DNA of 49,893 nucleotides, taken from contig JBBAWZ010000003.1 in the NCBI GenBank assembly GCA_040396875.1, forward strand, positions 1-49,893, given 5' to 3'. This document shows positions 1-8,342 of the stretch, piece after piece. Numbering within the stretch: position 1 is the first letter of the stretch; each line of letters opens with the position of its first letter. This DNA comes from Bacilli bacterium (GTDB lineage: Bacteria; Bacillota_I; Bacilli_A; RFN20; CAG-826). Position numbers and translations under genes: made by a program. The notes beneath the pieces are model-generated. The model had not been told where the DNA came from, searched no databases, and was given only the letters and a program-made list of their open reading frames with translations.

Positions 1-812
1 GAATGAAAGACTCTTCGATGATGAAGGCGATCGATTTATATGAAACCCTCAAAGCTGATGCGATGATTTCTTGTGGAGGCACGGGTGCTTACTTATCTGC
101 TGCAACTTTAAAACTTAAACTTATTACAGGTGTTGAAAGAGCGGCTTTGATTGTCCCCATGCCAAATGCGATTGGTAAAATTACCAACGTTTTAGATATT
201 GGTGCCAGTAATGAAAATAGCGCTGAACACTTAGTGCAATTTGCCGAAATGGGTCGCTTATTTAATCAAGCCGTCTATGGCAACAAAGTACCCCGCGTGT
301 ATGTGCTAGCCAATGGCACCGAAGATAAAAAAGGATCCCCTGAAAGTAAAAAGGCATTAGAAATGTTAAAGGCGATGAACTTTCCAGGTTTACAAGGGAA
401 TATCGAAGGACGTGAATCCTTAAGTGGCATTGCCGATGTCATCGTCACCGATGGTTTCACTGGCAATGTGTATTTAAAGACCACAGAAGGTGTTTTTAAA
501 TTGATGTCGAACGAAATTAAAAAAATATTTAAACGAAATATCTTCTCGATGCTTGGTTATCTGTTTGCTAAAAAAGGTGTCAAACTCATGCAACATCGTT
601 GGGATTATCGGACCACCGGTGGAAGTATGTTACTTGGTCTTAATGGCGTGATCGTCAAAGCCCATGGTAGTAGTGATCGCCTTGCTTTTTCATATGCAAT
701 GGAAGTGGGAAAGAAATTAGCAGAAGCCAATATCGTCGAGACGATGAAGAAAGGATTTGCCAATGCGACCGGTTCAACAACTACTGGATCAACTTCAACT
801 CCAACCTCGTAA
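1..812 (+). CDS. plsX: Phosphate acyltransferase PlsX, C-terminal portion (5' end cut by window edge)
   Basis: The frame is open to the window start. PlsX-like blocks are present (ADAMISCGGTGAYLSA, TDGFTGNVYLKT, VKAHGSSD). Full-length PlsX is longer than the 269 aa seen here. The tail is low-complexity (GSTTTGSTSTPTS). Confidence 0.85.
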   Translation, partial: MKDSSMMKAIDLYETLKADAMISCGGTGAYLSAATLKLKLITGVERAALIVPMPNAIGKITNVLDIGASNENSAEHLVQFAEMGRLFNQAVYGNKVPRVYVLANGTEDKKGSPESKKALEMLKAMNFPGLQGNIEGRESLSGIADVIVTDGFTGNVYLKTTEGVFKLMSNEIKKIFKRNIFSMLGYLFAKKGVKLMQHRWDYRTTGGSMLLGLNGVIVKAHGSSDRLAFSYAMEVGKKLAEANIVETMKKGFANATGSTTTGSTSTPTS

Positions 813-1449
813 CCTATCTCTTTATCAACTAGCCTTTACCCATACTTCTGTCAATGCGACGGGCAAAAGTATCGGTAAAGACTATGAACGATTAGAGTTT
901 ATGGGTGATGCCTTTATTTCGATGGTCGTCGCCGATCTCGTTTTTCAATTACACCCAGAATGGTCACAAGGGGAATTAAGTAAAACCCGGGCAAAGTTTG
1001 TTCAAACCAATAGTCTTGTCATCATTGCAAGAGAACTCAAAGTTTCAGAGTATGTCACCATTGGACCTTCCATTAAACGTGAGATGGTTGAACAAAGTGA
1101 CAAGATTCTTGAAGATATTTTTGAAGCCTTTGTCGGTGCGATTTATTTAGATTTAGGATTTGAAAAAGCTTATGCATTTGTTAGTTCTTTTTTCCGCCCA
1201 TTAATTGAGGATGTCAGTATGGATGATTTAACCGACTATAAAACTCGTTTACAAGAAGAAATGCAAGCGGAATTCCGTGAAGCAGTCACGTATGAAAAAG
1301 TGGATGAGTCTGGACCTGCTCACGATAAAAGCTTTACCTTTCAAGTCAGTTTTAATGGCATTATTTTAGGAACGGGAACCGGTCCTAGTAAAAAGAAAGC
1401 AGAACAAGCTGCCGCCAAGCAAGCTCTAGAAAAGAAAGTAGTAAAATAA
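757..1449 (+). CDS. rnc: Ribonuclease III
   Basis: RNase III signature (AFTHTS...ERLEFMGDAFI) and a C-terminal dsRNA-binding domain (GPAHDKSFTF...AEQAAAKQALE). ATG 757 overlaps the plsX tail by 56 nt. Confidence 0.9.
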   Translation: MPMRPVQQLLDQLQLQPRNLSLYQLAFTHTSVNATGKSIGKDYERLEFMGDAFISMVVADLVFQLHPEWSQGELSKTRAKFVQTNSLVIIARELKVSEYVTIGPSIKREMVEQSDKILEDIFEAFVGAIYLDLGFEKAYAFVSSFFRPLIEDVSMDDLTDYKTRLQEEMQAEFREAVTYEKVDESGPAHDKSFTFQVSFNGIILGTGTGPSKKKAEQAAAKQALEKKVVK

Positions 1450-1452
1450 GGT

Positions 1453-1692
1453 ATGGGATTTTTTGTCAGTTTAATTATCTTTATTGCCATTGATGCATTG
1501 GTCAGTAGTGTGCTTGTTGCTTTTGGTGTCTCATTACCAATCGTCGATTTGGTCGTATCGTTTATCGTTGCCTTTGTTTTTGCCTACATGAATAGTCAAA
1601 AACCAGTCTTAAAAAATATCCAATTCCATAAGAACTTTGCCTTTATTTTTGTCGTCTTATTGCTGATGCGTTATTTATTTAATTATGCCTAA
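1453..1692 (+). CDS. Small hydrophobic membrane protein, unknown function (79 aa)
   Basis: The ATG lies 4 nt after the rnc stop, and the stop overlaps the ylxM start. There are two to three hydrophobic segments. I recognise no family. Confidence 0.5.
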   Translation: MGFFVSLIIFIAIDALVSSVLVAFGVSLPIVDLVVSFIVAFVFAYMNSQKPVLKNIQFHKNFAFIFVVLLLMRYLFNYA

Positions 1693-2002
1693 AAACAATA
1701 CCTTAGCGACGTTTAGTGAAGTGAATGCTTTACTAGATACGTATGGCAAACTGTTAACCACCCATCAACAATCCTTGATGTCGGATTATTATCGGTTTAA
1801 TTTATCGTTAAAAGAAATCGCGGATCAACAAGGCATATCAAGAGCAGCCGTCAATGACACCTTACAAAAAGCCAAGACGAGTCTCTATCATTTTGAAAAA
1901 GTATTGAAATTAAAAGCATTAAAAGAAACACTCAACGCAATCCTAGAAGATGAAAACACATCTCCTACGTTAAAGAAAAAAATTCAACCATTCTTAAAGT
2001 GA
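1685..2002 (+). CDS. ylxM: YlxM/UPF0122-type putative HTH protein
   Basis: 105 aa with the sigma-70-region-4-like HTH typical of YlxM (LSLKEIADQQGISRAAVNDTLQKA). It sits downstream of rnc, as in Bacillus. Confidence 0.75.
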   Translation: MPKNNTLATFSEVNALLDTYGKLLTTHQQSLMSDYYRFNLSLKEIADQQGISRAAVNDTLQKAKTSLYHFEKVLKLKALKETLNAILEDENTSPTLKKKIQPFLK

Positions 2003-2812
2003 TAATGCGGCGATCACCAATGTGATGGTTCCAATGAAAACAAGATAATAACCAAACCATTTAAAATGTTTTAAATTTAAATATTGAAAGACCATTTTTA
2101 AGGTGATGAAGGTGACGACACCCGATACAACGGTGGCAATCAAAGAGTACGTTAATATACTTTGATCAAAGGTTTCAATCCGATCAAAGGAGACGATAAA
2201 GCTTCCTAAGGTGATGGGAATAAAGAGTAAGAAGGCAAATTCTTTAGCCTTCGCAAGGGTTAAGCCACCCAATAAACTTCCTAATAACGTAGAACCACTT
2301 CGAGAGACTCCTGGGAGAATGCCTAGCACTTGGAATAGACCACTCATCAAGGTATTTTTCCATGTGTATTGACCATAACTTAATTTGGCAAAGCGAGGAA
2401 TGATAAAGATTAAAGAGGCAGTGAAATAAAATCCAACACCCACAATCCATAAGGATTGGAATAATTGATCAATCACATCTTTAATAAAATAACCTGCAAG
2501 GGCCGCTGGTATCGTTGCCAAGACTAAATAGAGAATCAGCATCATATCATCTTGAATCGCATCACTTCGTTTACCACTGATGAATTGAAACATATGGATT
2601 GTAAGTCTCCAAATCACTGGAAAGAAGAAGATAAGAAACGCAAATAAAGAACCGACATGGAGGAGTAATGCAAAGATGGCTTCATTTCCGGCATTCGTAT
2701 TCAGTAAAGATTGAAATAAGGCTAAGTGACCCGAACTGGAAATCGGTAAGACTTCACTGATGCCTTGAATGATGGCCAACAAAAGATATCGTAATAAGTC
2801 CATGATATTCAT
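1994..2812 (-). CDS. uppP: Undecaprenyl-diphosphatase (BacA/UppP)
   Basis: Polytopic protein with UppP motifs (GISEVLPISSSGHL, PGVSRSGST). ATGA overlap with the trmD stop. The 3' end overlaps the ylxM 3' end by 9 nt (convergent). Confidence 0.85.
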   Translation of the reverse strand: MNIMDLLRYLLLAIIQGISEVLPISSSGHLALFQSLLNTNAGNEAIFALLLHVGSLFAFLIFFFPVIWRLTIHMFQFISGKRSDAIQDDMMLILYLVLATIPAALAGYFIKDVIDQLFQSLWIVGVGFYFTASLIFIIPRFAKLSYGQYTWKNTLMSGLFQVLGILPGVSRSGSTLLGSLLGGLTLAKAKEFAFLLFIPITLGSFIVSFDRIETFDQSILTYSLIATVVSGVVTFITLKMVFQYLNLKHFKWFGYYLVFIGTITLVIAALSL

Positions 2813-3579
2813 CGTTTCGTAAACTTCCTTCCTTTTTCAATCGCTTCTTTTTCCCAATCACCAATCGTATGTTCTTCAAGTTCTTTGATTAAACTTTTCA
2901 TTTCTTTGGTCAAGATCAATTGTTGAAAAAGGTCGGGACGATGAAGTTTGGTCAATCGTAAGGATTCTTTTAATCGCCATTTTCGAATCGCGTCATGATG
3001 ACCTGAATATAAGATTTCAGGAACATGGTGTTCTCCTAAGACTCTTGGTTCTGTATATTGAGGATACTCAAGTAAACCATGGGTAAAGGATTCTTCATTT
3101 AAGGAATCCGCTTCTATCACGCCTGGTAGTAAACGAATCACGGCATCCAAGATGGCCATGGCAGCAATTTCTCCACCGGTCATTACAAAGTCACCTAAGG
3201 AAATGGATTCATCCATTTGTGCATAAAGTCGTTCATCAAAGCCTTCATAGTGACCGCAAATGAATGTTAACGATTCATATTGTTTCAATCGAGTTGCATC
3301 TGCTTGGGTAAACGTTTTTCCACGAGGGGTTAACAATATTTTTCTTCCTGGTTTGGGAATGGATTTTAAAGCATCGGCGATGGGTTGATATTTGAGGACA
3401 AGTCCAGCGCCTCCACCAATCGGAGGTGTATCGACGCGACGATAAGGATCCGTAGTGAAGTCACGAAACTGAATCAATTGAATGGATGCTTTTTGTTCAC
3501 CTAACGCACGTTTAATAATCGAGGTTTGCAACATCCCTTGGAACATCTCTGGAAATAAGGTTAAGACATGAAATTTCAT
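2809..3579 (-). CDS. trmD: tRNA (guanine37-N1)-methyltransferase
   Basis: TrmD blocks are present (MKFHVLTLFPEMF, GGGAGLVLK, CGHYEGFDERL, GDFVMTGGE). The start shares 1 nt with the rimM stop. Confidence 0.95.
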   Translation of the reverse strand: MKFHVLTLFPEMFQGMLQTSIIKRALGEQKASIQLIQFRDFTTDPYRRVDTPPIGGGAGLVLKYQPIADALKSIPKPGRKILLTPRGKTFTQADATRLKQYESLTFICGHYEGFDERLYAQMDESISLGDFVMTGGEIAAMAILDAVIRLLPGVIEADSLNEESFTHGLLEYPQYTEPRVLGEHHVPEILYSGHHDAIRKWRLKESLRLTKLHRPDLFQQLILTKEMKSLIKELEEHTIGDWEKEAIEKGRKFTKR

Positions 3580-4088
3580 TACATGCCCTCAATCAGGCGC
3601 AAGAGGATTGTTTTTTTCTCAATGTCGACATGACGAATAAAGACATCAAGAAAAGGAATGAAAATGGAAGACCCATCTATTTTTTTAATCCGTAAATTAA
3701 CTCGATTGGCAATTCTTTCCACGGCGAGAACTACGCCAAAAGGTTGTTGATTTGCTTCATTCATCACTTGGCTACCCACGAGATCTTCATAAAAATAATT
3801 GCCATCCTTTAAACGTACATCTTCTTTGGGTGCATAAAGATAAAGATTCATCCAACCCTTCACAAGATTAATATCGGTAAATCCTTGAAATTGGACAAAA
3901 TCCAAACCAGGTTGATGATGTGCCTCTTTGACAACAAGGGGCATATATTGCCCGTCTTTTTCTAAAAAAACCGTTTTACCCTTGCGATATCGTAACAAAG
4001 GAAAATCCGTCAACGAGGCGATTTTTAATTCACCTTGTAAACCTCTTGTGTTGATAATTCTACCAATGGTTAATAATGGGGTTTCCAT
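3579..4088 (-). CDS. rimM: 16S rRNA processing protein RimM
   Basis: RimM-like N-terminus (LTIGRIINTRGLQGELKI) and a PRC-barrel-like C-terminus. The track ORF begins at a TTG (4181) inside the KH gene. ATG 4088 gives a normal N-terminus but has no Shine-Dalgarno. Confidence 0.8.
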   Translation of the reverse strand: METPLLTIGRIINTRGLQGELKIASLTDFPLLRYRKGKTVFLEKDGQYMPLVVKEAHHQPGLDFVQFQGFTDINLVKGWMNLYLYAPKEDVRLKDGNYFYEDLVGSQVMNEANQQPFGVVLAVERIANRVNLRIKKIDGSSIFIPFLDVFIRHVDIEKKTILLRLIEGM

Positions 4089-4120
4089 AGAAAAAAACCG
4101 AGGAAGATTATTCCTCGGTT
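4089..4120 (-). terminator. Intra-operon intrinsic terminator/attenuator hairpin between the KH gene and rimM
   Basis: Minus strand reads AACCGAGGAA-TAATC-TTCCTCGGTT, then TTTTTCT, then ATG of rimM. The stem is a perfect 10 bp. The KH-gene stop codon TAA (4110-4108) lies in the loop. Confidence 0.6.
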
Positions 4121-4374
4121 GTGGTCTTTTCAAATGTTTCGAATTTAAGATGCACGCGTCGATTATCAATTTTACCGGCAATCGAGAGTACTTCTCTTAA
4201 AGCGTTTGCAATGATGCCTTTTCGACCAATGAGTCTAGAAGTATCTTCACCTTCTGCAACCACTAATAAGGTTAAATCATAGGGATTATCATTCTTTAAT
4301 TCACGGATTAAAATCGCGTCTTTGTTTTCGACGAAATCATCAACAAATGCGTGAATGATCGCTACGTAATCCAT
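4108..4374 (-). CDS. KH-domain RNA-binding protein (YlqC/UPF0109)
   Basis: 88 aa with a KH GXXG-type core (LIGRKGIIANALREVL). It sits between rpsP and rimM, as in Bacillota. Confidence 0.85.
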   Translation of the reverse strand: MDYVAIIHAFVDDFVENKDAILIRELKNDNPYDLTLLVVAEGEDTSRLIGRKGIIANALREVLSIAGKIDNRRVHLKFETFEKTTTEE

Positions 4375-4376
4375 AC

Positions 4377-4649
4377 TTATTTACCTTTTTTGGTCGCCGT
4401 AAATTTAGCAATAATACCTTTGTGTTTGAATAACGTTCTAACGGTGTCTGAAACTTGAGCACCTAAACCTAACCATTTTAAAGCGATGACTTCATCAATC
4501 GTAGCTTCCGTTGCAGGTTTTTGCGGATTATAAAAACCAATTTGTTCCACATAACGACCATCACGTGAATAACGTGAGTCTGCGGCAACAATACGGTATG
4601 AAGGATCAGCGTGACGTCCGGTACGAGCTAAGCGAATTTTAACAGCCAT
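4377..4649 (-). CDS. rpsP: 30S ribosomal protein S16
   Basis: N-terminus MAVKIRLARTGRHADPSYRIVAADSR. SD AAAAGGAGAA lies upstream. Confidence 0.95.
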   Translation of the reverse strand: MAVKIRLARTGRHADPSYRIVAADSRYSRDGRYVEQIGFYNPQKPATEATIDEVIALKWLGLGAQVSDTVRTLFKHKGIIAKFTATKKGK

Positions 4650-4737
4650 AAAGTTCTCCTTTTCATGACGCTTATAATGTAAACCAAATGGTTTTTGCTG
4701 TCAAGTTAATTTACTTTACACCACTAAAGAAGAATCG

Positions 4738-4766
4738 TTGCAACTTGATGGAAGATTTGATAATAT
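4738..4766 (+). promoter_or_regulatory. Candidate sigma-70-type promoter for rplS
   Basis: TTGCAA (4738-4743), a 17-nt spacer, then TAATAT (4761-4766), with a TG at the extended -10 position (TGaTAATAT). Confidence 0.55.
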
Positions 4767-4772
4767 GGTTAG

Positions 4773-4853
4773 GCGCTAAGCGCTAGAAGTGGTCCGCTAT
4801 GGTCACAATCCACAAGAACACTTTGACAAACATTATGAAGGAGGCAATAGATC
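4773..4853 (+). promoter_or_regulatory. Possible rplS (L19) 5' leader
   Basis: An untranslated leader of about 80 nt follows the predicted promoter. It contains the GC-rich near-palindrome TAGGCGCTAAGCGCTA in an otherwise AT-rich genome. Its position corresponds to the L19 leader described in Bacillota. Confidence 0.3.
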
Positions 4854-5204
4854 ATGAATCAAAAACTCGTCGATCTCATTAATGCCGAACAGCTCAAGAA
4901 GGATGTTCCTAATTTCAAATCAGGTGACACTGTCAGAGTGATGGTGCGCATCATTGAAAGTGGTAAAGAACGTTTACAAGCTTTTGAAGGTATTGTCATC
5001 GCTCGCAAGGGTAGTGGCATCAATGAAAGCTTTAAGGTTCGCAAGGTGTCAGGTGGTATCGGTGTTCACCGTATCTTCCCAGTCCATGCCCCAACCGTTG
5101 CCAGTGTTGAAATTTTAAAGAAAGGTAAAGTTCGTCGTAATAAACTTACCTATCTTTCTAAACTTTCTGGTAAAGCCGCTAGAATTAAAGAAGTTCTAGA
5201 ATAG
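4854..5204 (+). CDS. rplS: 50S ribosomal protein L19
   Basis: L19 pattern (FKSGDTVRVMVRIIESGKERLQAFEGIVIARKG). SD GAAGGAGG lies upstream. Confidence 0.95.
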   Translation: MNQKLVDLINAEQLKKDVPNFKSGDTVRVMVRIIESGKERLQAFEGIVIARKGSGINESFKVRKVSGGIGVHRIFPVHAPTVASVEILKKGKVRRNKLTYLSKLSGKAARIKEVLE

Positions 5205-5234
5205 AATCAATAGATTCATTCATTGTGACAAGAT

Positions 5235-5257
5235 AGATTCCTTCGGGAATCTTTTTT
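5235..5257 (+). terminator. Rho-independent terminator after rplS
   Basis: AGATTCC-TTCG-GGAATCT followed by TTTTT. Confidence 0.7.
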
Positions 5258-5291
5258 GTTGTCGGCAATGGAAGTGATTATAATAGTAAGG

Positions 5292-5921
5292 ATGAAATAT
5301 CTTCCTACCTGGCTTAAAAAAGTCATCTCCATCTTGTCTCAATTACTTTTTATCGTTTTGATTTTAATGGGTGGCTTGGTCATCTTTCATAATTTTTATT
5401 TTACCCCGATCAAAATTGTAGGCAGTTCGATGGAACCCACGTTAGTGAATCAAGAGTTTGGTGTAATGGATCAAAACCCACAAACGATGGATGGATTGGA
5501 ACGATTTGATATTGTGATCGTCAAACAAAATCCTACGATTGATCGATATTTAATCAAACGTTTAATTGGTCTACCAGGTGAAACGATTGCCTTACAACAA
5601 GATGGAAGTTTACTGGTGAACGGTCTGCTTGTGGATCAAGATTTTTTACCTGAAATGGGTTATCAAGAACGTACCTGTACGAATATGAATGCAATTGGTT
5701 GCATTCCCTTAACACTTGATGATAATAGTTATTTTGTGATGGGAGATAATCGTGGTTTTTCAACAGATTCACGCGTCTTTGGTCCAATTGCCAAAGATCA
5801 ATTGATTGGTAAATTATTTGCGATTGAAGGGATTTGCCAAGGGCAAACGAGTTCGTCTGCAAATGATGATCCAGACACATGTGGAACGCGCCAATATTTT
5901 TGGCCGAGGGTTTATGCATGA
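5292..5921 (+). CDS. lepB: Signal peptidase I
   Basis: N-terminal TM segment, catalytic Ser box GSSMEPTL, Lys box KRLIGLPGE, and GDNRGFSTDSR. The start is uncertain: TTG 5256, ATG 5268 or ATG 5292. Confidence 0.85.
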   Translation: MKYLPTWLKKVISILSQLLFIVLILMGGLVIFHNFYFTPIKIVGSSMEPTLVNQEFGVMDQNPQTMDGLERFDIVIVKQNPTIDRYLIKRLIGLPGETIALQQDGSLLVNGLLVDQDFLPEMGYQERTCTNMNAIGCIPLTLDDNSYFVMGDNRGFSTDSRVFGPIAKDQLIGKLFAIEGICQGQTSSSANDDPDTCGTRQYFWPRVYA

Positions 5922-6757
5922 ACCAAAAACAAACGCATTGGTACCCTGGCCACATGAACAAGGCGATTCAAGCCATTCATGAAAAATTATCTTGGATTGA
6001 TATTGTCATCGTTGCCGTCGATGCTCGAGCGATTCAAGCCTGTATGCATCTACCCTTTGAAACCAACAAGCCAAAGGTTTTTGTCATTACTAAAACCGAT
6101 CTTGCTGATGCCAACATAACGAAGATGGTGATGAAACGATTATCCGACCAGAACCATACCTTTGTGTTAAGTGAAGGTAAAAATGCAACTTCAAGATCTC
6201 AAATTTTAAAAGCGATGATGGCAATCGGTGAACCTCTTTGGTTAAAACAAGAAAAAAAAGGATTCAAAAGACAACCTTTAAAATCGATGATTCTTGGTGT
6301 TCCCAACGTTGGTAAATCGAGTCTCATCAATTTACTTGCCAAGCAACATCGGGTTGCAACTGAAAATAGACCCGGTTCCACGCGCGGTCAACAATGGATT
6401 AAATTAGATGCATGGTTTATGTTGTTAGATACCCCAGGCATTCTGCCACCTAAATTTGAGATGAAGGATGTTTCCTTTCAATTAGCATTAATTGGATCCA
6501 TGCCTTTAAAGCAACTTCCTCAAGAACTACTCGCCCATCATTTATATGATTGGATGGAAAAACAATACCTTAAGCAACTCCAAACCCTTTTTGGTGGCGA
6601 GACTTTTAATCGCCAAACTTTCTTTGAGCAATGGGGGATGAAACGTGGTTGGAAAAAACAATCGGAAGTTGATTTAACTCGCGTTTATGAATCCTTTATT
6701 AAGTCATTCCAAGATGGTGAACTCGGCCCGATTTCATTACCGATTTTATCGACATGA
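5918..6757 (+). CDS. rbgA: Ribosome biogenesis GTPase A (YlqF/RbgA)
   Basis: Circularly permuted GTPase with the order G4 (TKTD), G1 (GVPNVGKSS), G3 (DTPGIL). N-terminus MNQKQTHWYPGHM. ATGA overlap with the lepB stop. Confidence 0.9.
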   Translation: MNQKQTHWYPGHMNKAIQAIHEKLSWIDIVIVAVDARAIQACMHLPFETNKPKVFVITKTDLADANITKMVMKRLSDQNHTFVLSEGKNATSRSQILKAMMAIGEPLWLKQEKKGFKRQPLKSMILGVPNVGKSSLINLLAKQHRVATENRPGSTRGQQWIKLDAWFMLLDTPGILPPKFEMKDVSFQLALIGSMPLKQLPQELLAHHLYDWMEKQYLKQLQTLFGGETFNRQTFFEQWGMKRGWKKQSEVDLTRVYESFIKSFQDGELGPISLPILST

Positions 6758-7377
6758 AAGCTAATATTGATTTAACGTATTATCAACAAGGATTTAAAGT
6801 CATTGCCGGATGTGATGAAGCAGGTCGAGGTCCGATTGCAGGTCCTGTTGTGGCTGCTGCCGTCATCCTACCTAAAGATTTTTATGATCCACGTATTGAT
6901 GATTCTAAACAATTACAAGCAGCAATCCGCAATACTTTATTTTCACTTATTCAAACAAAAGCTTTAAGTTATGCCATTACCATCATCGATGTTGATACCA
7001 TTACCAAAATCAATATTTTAGAGGCATCTCGGTTAGGGATGCAGTTAAGTTTAGAAAAATTGAAGGTACGTTATGATGCGGTGCTATCCGACGCGATGAC
7101 ATTACCGAAACAACAGGTACCAGTTTTTCCTTTGATCCATGGTGATGCGTTATCGCAAACGATTGCCGCGAGTAGTATTCTCGCCAAAGTCACTCGTGAT
7201 CAAATCATGGATTCATTAGATCAGCAATATCCACATTTTCATTTTGCAGCGCATAAGGGTTATCCTACCCCCTTACATTTATCATTATTAAAAAAGTATG
7301 GACCGATTAAAGGCATCCATCGACCGACCTTTGGTCCAGTTAAAAAGCTACTGAATCCAAAAATCTCAATTCTTTAG
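6754..7377 (+). CDS. rnhB: Ribonuclease HII
   Basis: GCDEAGRGPIAGPVVAAAV and DSKQL motifs. ATGA overlap with rbgA. Confidence 0.9.
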   Translation: MKANIDLTYYQQGFKVIAGCDEAGRGPIAGPVVAAAVILPKDFYDPRIDDSKQLQAAIRNTLFSLIQTKALSYAITIIDVDTITKINILEASRLGMQLSLEKLKVRYDAVLSDAMTLPKQQVPVFPLIHGDALSQTIAASSILAKVTRDQIMDSLDQQYPHFHFAAHKGYPTPLHLSLLKKYGPIKGIHRPTFGPVKKLLNPKISIL

Positions 7378-7421
7378 TTAACATTCATTTTATTCCTCTA
7401 TTGGTAGATAGAGGACAAGAT

Positions 7422-8255
7422 ATGTTAAAAGGACGTGAGATTATTATTTATCTAGCGATCAAATATGCAGGTGATTGGAATGCAATCTATCAAGCGATTA
7501 AACAAAAAGAATTAGTAGATGAAACTTTGGTTAAAACCGAAATCCAATCGATCAAGAGTTCCGTTATCACCATCATTGATGAAACTTATCCAGAATCGTT
7601 AAAGAAAATATATAAACCTCCGTTTGTTTTGTTTTATTATGGGGATTTAAATTTAATCTATATGTTAGAAAAAACCATTGCAGTCATCGGTAGCCGACAT
7701 CCTTCATCCTATGGATTAGAGATGACAGAACTCATCACAAAATCGTTGGTAGAAGAAGGGATGATGGTTGTTTCGGGTTTAGCTTATGGTGTTGATATCA
7801 AGGCACATCAAACCGTCATCGCTCAGCAAGGAAAGACGATTGCGATTTTGGGATCGGGTATTGATGTGTGTTATCCCAAAGAACATCTTGAGACCTATGA
7901 ATCGATGAAAAAAAATCATTTGGTGTTGAGCGAATATCCCAATTTAACCCCTCCCAACAAAGATCACTTCCCTTGGCGTAATCGACTGATTGCAGGTCTT
8001 GCTCGCGGTGTTTTCGTCGCAGAAGCTAAAAAAAGAAGTGGAACGCTCATCACCGTTGGATATGCCCTTTATCTTGGCAAAGATGTGTATGTGCTTCCCC
8101 ATCAGGCGAATACGGATAATTCCACGAATCAATTGATTAAAGACGGGGCAGTGTTAGTAGAATCTGGTCAAGATATCTTAGAACATTTACTTGGCAGTCA
8201 AGAAAAAGAAAAAGCGATTCGCCAAAACCCTGAACCGGAGAAAAAGTTTATCTAA
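7422..8255 (+). CDS. dprA: DNA-processing protein DprA/Smf
   Basis: DprA Rossmann-like core (IGSRHPSSYG, VSGLAYGVD, SGTLITV). SD GAGGA lies 6 nt upstream of ATG 7422; the track start at 7401 is a TTG. Confidence 0.85.
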   Translation: MLKGREIIIYLAIKYAGDWNAIYQAIKQKELVDETLVKTEIQSIKSSVITIIDETYPESLKKIYKPPFVLFYYGDLNLIYMLEKTIAVIGSRHPSSYGLEMTELITKSLVEEGMMVVSGLAYGVDIKAHQTVIAQQGKTIAILGSGIDVCYPKEHLETYESMKKNHLVLSEYPNLTPPNKDHFPWRNRLIAGLARGVFVAEAKKRSGTLITVGYALYLGKDVYVLPHQANTDNSTNQLIKDGAVLVESGQDILEHLLGSQEKEKAIRQNPEPEKKFI

Positions 8256-8293
8256 ATTTTCTTTAGAAAAGGGTTGAAAAAACTTTTTTTGAT

Positions 8294-8321
8294 TTGACAA
8301 TTTTACTTTTCATAAGATAAT
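8294..8321 (+). promoter_or_regulatory. Candidate promoter for topA
   Basis: TTGACA (8294-8299), a 16-nt spacer, then GATAAT (8316-8321). Confidence 0.5.
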
Positions 8322-8342
8322 GAACTATGTTTAGGAGCAACC

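Noticed and set aside
4089-4181. Longer rimM ORF starting at 4181
   Set aside because: That start is a TTG deep inside the KH-domain gene in another frame. The extra 31 aa have no RimM similarity and span the terminator hairpin, so ATG 4088 is preferred.
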